NCBI GenBank assembly: GCA_951406725.2
Contig: OX597824.1
Span: 73,594,001 to 73,658,000, forward strand
Reading direction: 5' to 3'
DNA from: Octopus vulgaris
Lineage: Eukaryota
DNA length: 64,000 bases
Position numbers and translations under genes: made by a program. Of this stretch, positions 62,715-64,000 are shown piece after piece. Position 1 is the first letter of the stretch. The number at the start of each line of letters is the position of its first letter. Under the pieces are notes generated by a model, which did no database searches, was not told where the DNA came from, and was given only the letters and a program-made list of their open reading frames with translations.

Positions 62715-63320
62715 ATATATATATATATATAGTGGCTGTGTGGTAAGTAGCTTGCTTACAAACCACATAGTTCCGGGTTCAGTCCCACTGCGTGGCACCT
62801 TGGGCAAGTGTCTTCTACTATAGCCTCGGGCCGACCAAAGCCTTGTGAATGGATTTGGTAGACGGAAACTGAAAGAAGCCTGTCATATATATGTGTGTGT
62901 GTATGTCTGTATGTCTGTGTTTGTCTCCCCAACATCACTTGACAACCGATGCTGGTGTGTTTACGTCCCCGTAACTTAGCAGTTCACCAAAAGAGACCGA
63001 TAGGATAAGTGCTAGGCTTACAAAGAATAAGTCCTGGTGGTCGATTTGCTCGACAAAAGTTGATGCTCCAGCATGGCCACGGTCAAATGACTGAAACAAG
63101 CAAAAGAGTTATCTTGAAATAAAATAATAAAGAAGACATTGGCCAATGTAATTCTCAATAATATAAAAGTATGGATGGTCGTGGTTGGAACTCTTTGACA
63201 TAGGTTAACGCCATCATCCTTTAACGTCTGCTTTCCATATTAGTATGACTCAGATGGTTTGACTGAAACTGGTAAGTCAGAGAGCTGTACCAGGTTCCAG
63301 TCTCATTTGGCTTGGTTTCT

Positions 63321-63550
63321 TATTTCTTTATTGCCCACAAGGGGCTAAACATAGAAGGGACAAACAAGGACAGACAAAGGGATTAAGTCGATTAGATCGA
63401 CCCCAGTGTGTAACTGGTACTTATTTAATTAACCCTGAAAGGATAAAAGGCAAAGTCGACCTCGGCGGAATTTGAACTCAGAACGTAGTGGCAGACAAAA
63501 TACCGCTAAACATCTCACCCGGCATGCTAACGTTTCTGCCAGCTTGCCAC
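63321..63550 (-). mobile_element. SINE family B inserted in an RTE-tail element, 10-bp TSD
   Basis: cttggtttct at 63311-63320 and 63551-63560. Confidence 0.88.
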
Positions 63551-63727
63551 CTTGGTTTCTATGGCTGGATGCCCTTCCTAATGCCAACTGCTCCAAGAAT
63601 GTAGAGGGTGCCTTTTACATGTCACCAGCACTGGCCATGACTACAATATCACATGGCTTGATGGGTCTTCTCAAGCTATGATTTCACTTGGTTTGATAGG
63701 TGTATACATCATCACCACCACTACCAC

Positions 63728-63867
63728 CTTCTTCTTCTTCTTCTTCTTCTTCTTCTTCTTCTTCTTCTTCTTCTTCTTCTTCTTCTTCTTCTTCTTCTTC
63801 TTCTTCTTCTTCTTTTTCTTCTTCTTCTCCTCCTCCTCTTCCTTCTTCTTCTTCTTCTTCTTCTTCT
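63728..63867 (+). repeat. (CTT)n microsatellite
   Basis: Visible. Confidence 0.95.
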
Positions 63868-64000
63868 TTAATGCCTGTTTTCCATGATAAGGAACAATGA
63901 CGACAACACTAATGGTCCCACTTCCATCACAGAAGATAGATCTTTCAGGGTCCAGCCTTCTGGATTTTTCCGTCACCAGTCCACTCTTACTCCATTCTTC

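Noticed and set aside
63870-64000. Possible LINE 3' end with a (GAA)n tail on the minus strand
   Set aside because: Too short and cut by the window edge, with no diagnostic motif.

Overview
Eukaryotic, AT-rich, repeat-saturated genomic DNA. The SINE and microsatellite make-up looks like an octopus or other coleoid cephalopod (inference). The window lies inside one + strand gene encoding protein kinase D (PRKD1/2/3 family). I could splice ten internal exons in frame with GT-AG sites (8688-47440), covering C1a, C1b, the acidic linker, the PH domain and the kinase Gly-rich loop. The 5' exons and the rest of the kinase domain lie outside the window. The introns hold a 5'-truncated RTE LINE and many RTE 3'-tail copies, at least four tRNA-type SINE families, a Tc1 (DD34E) and a mariner (DD34D) pseudo-element with TIRs, a tandemly duplicated mariner deletion derivative, TTAA (piggyBac-type) MITEs, non-autonomous Helitrons, Penelope-like remnants and long palindromes. 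The most notable items are a 5S rRNA copy fused to a SINE/LINE 3' tail (candidate 5S-derived SINE), a GC-rich structured island with hammerhead-ribozyme core motifs in permuted order, inverted degenerate hammerheads, recurrent SINE-into-SINE junctions, and PKD codons that A-to-I editing would convert to the vertebrate residue.
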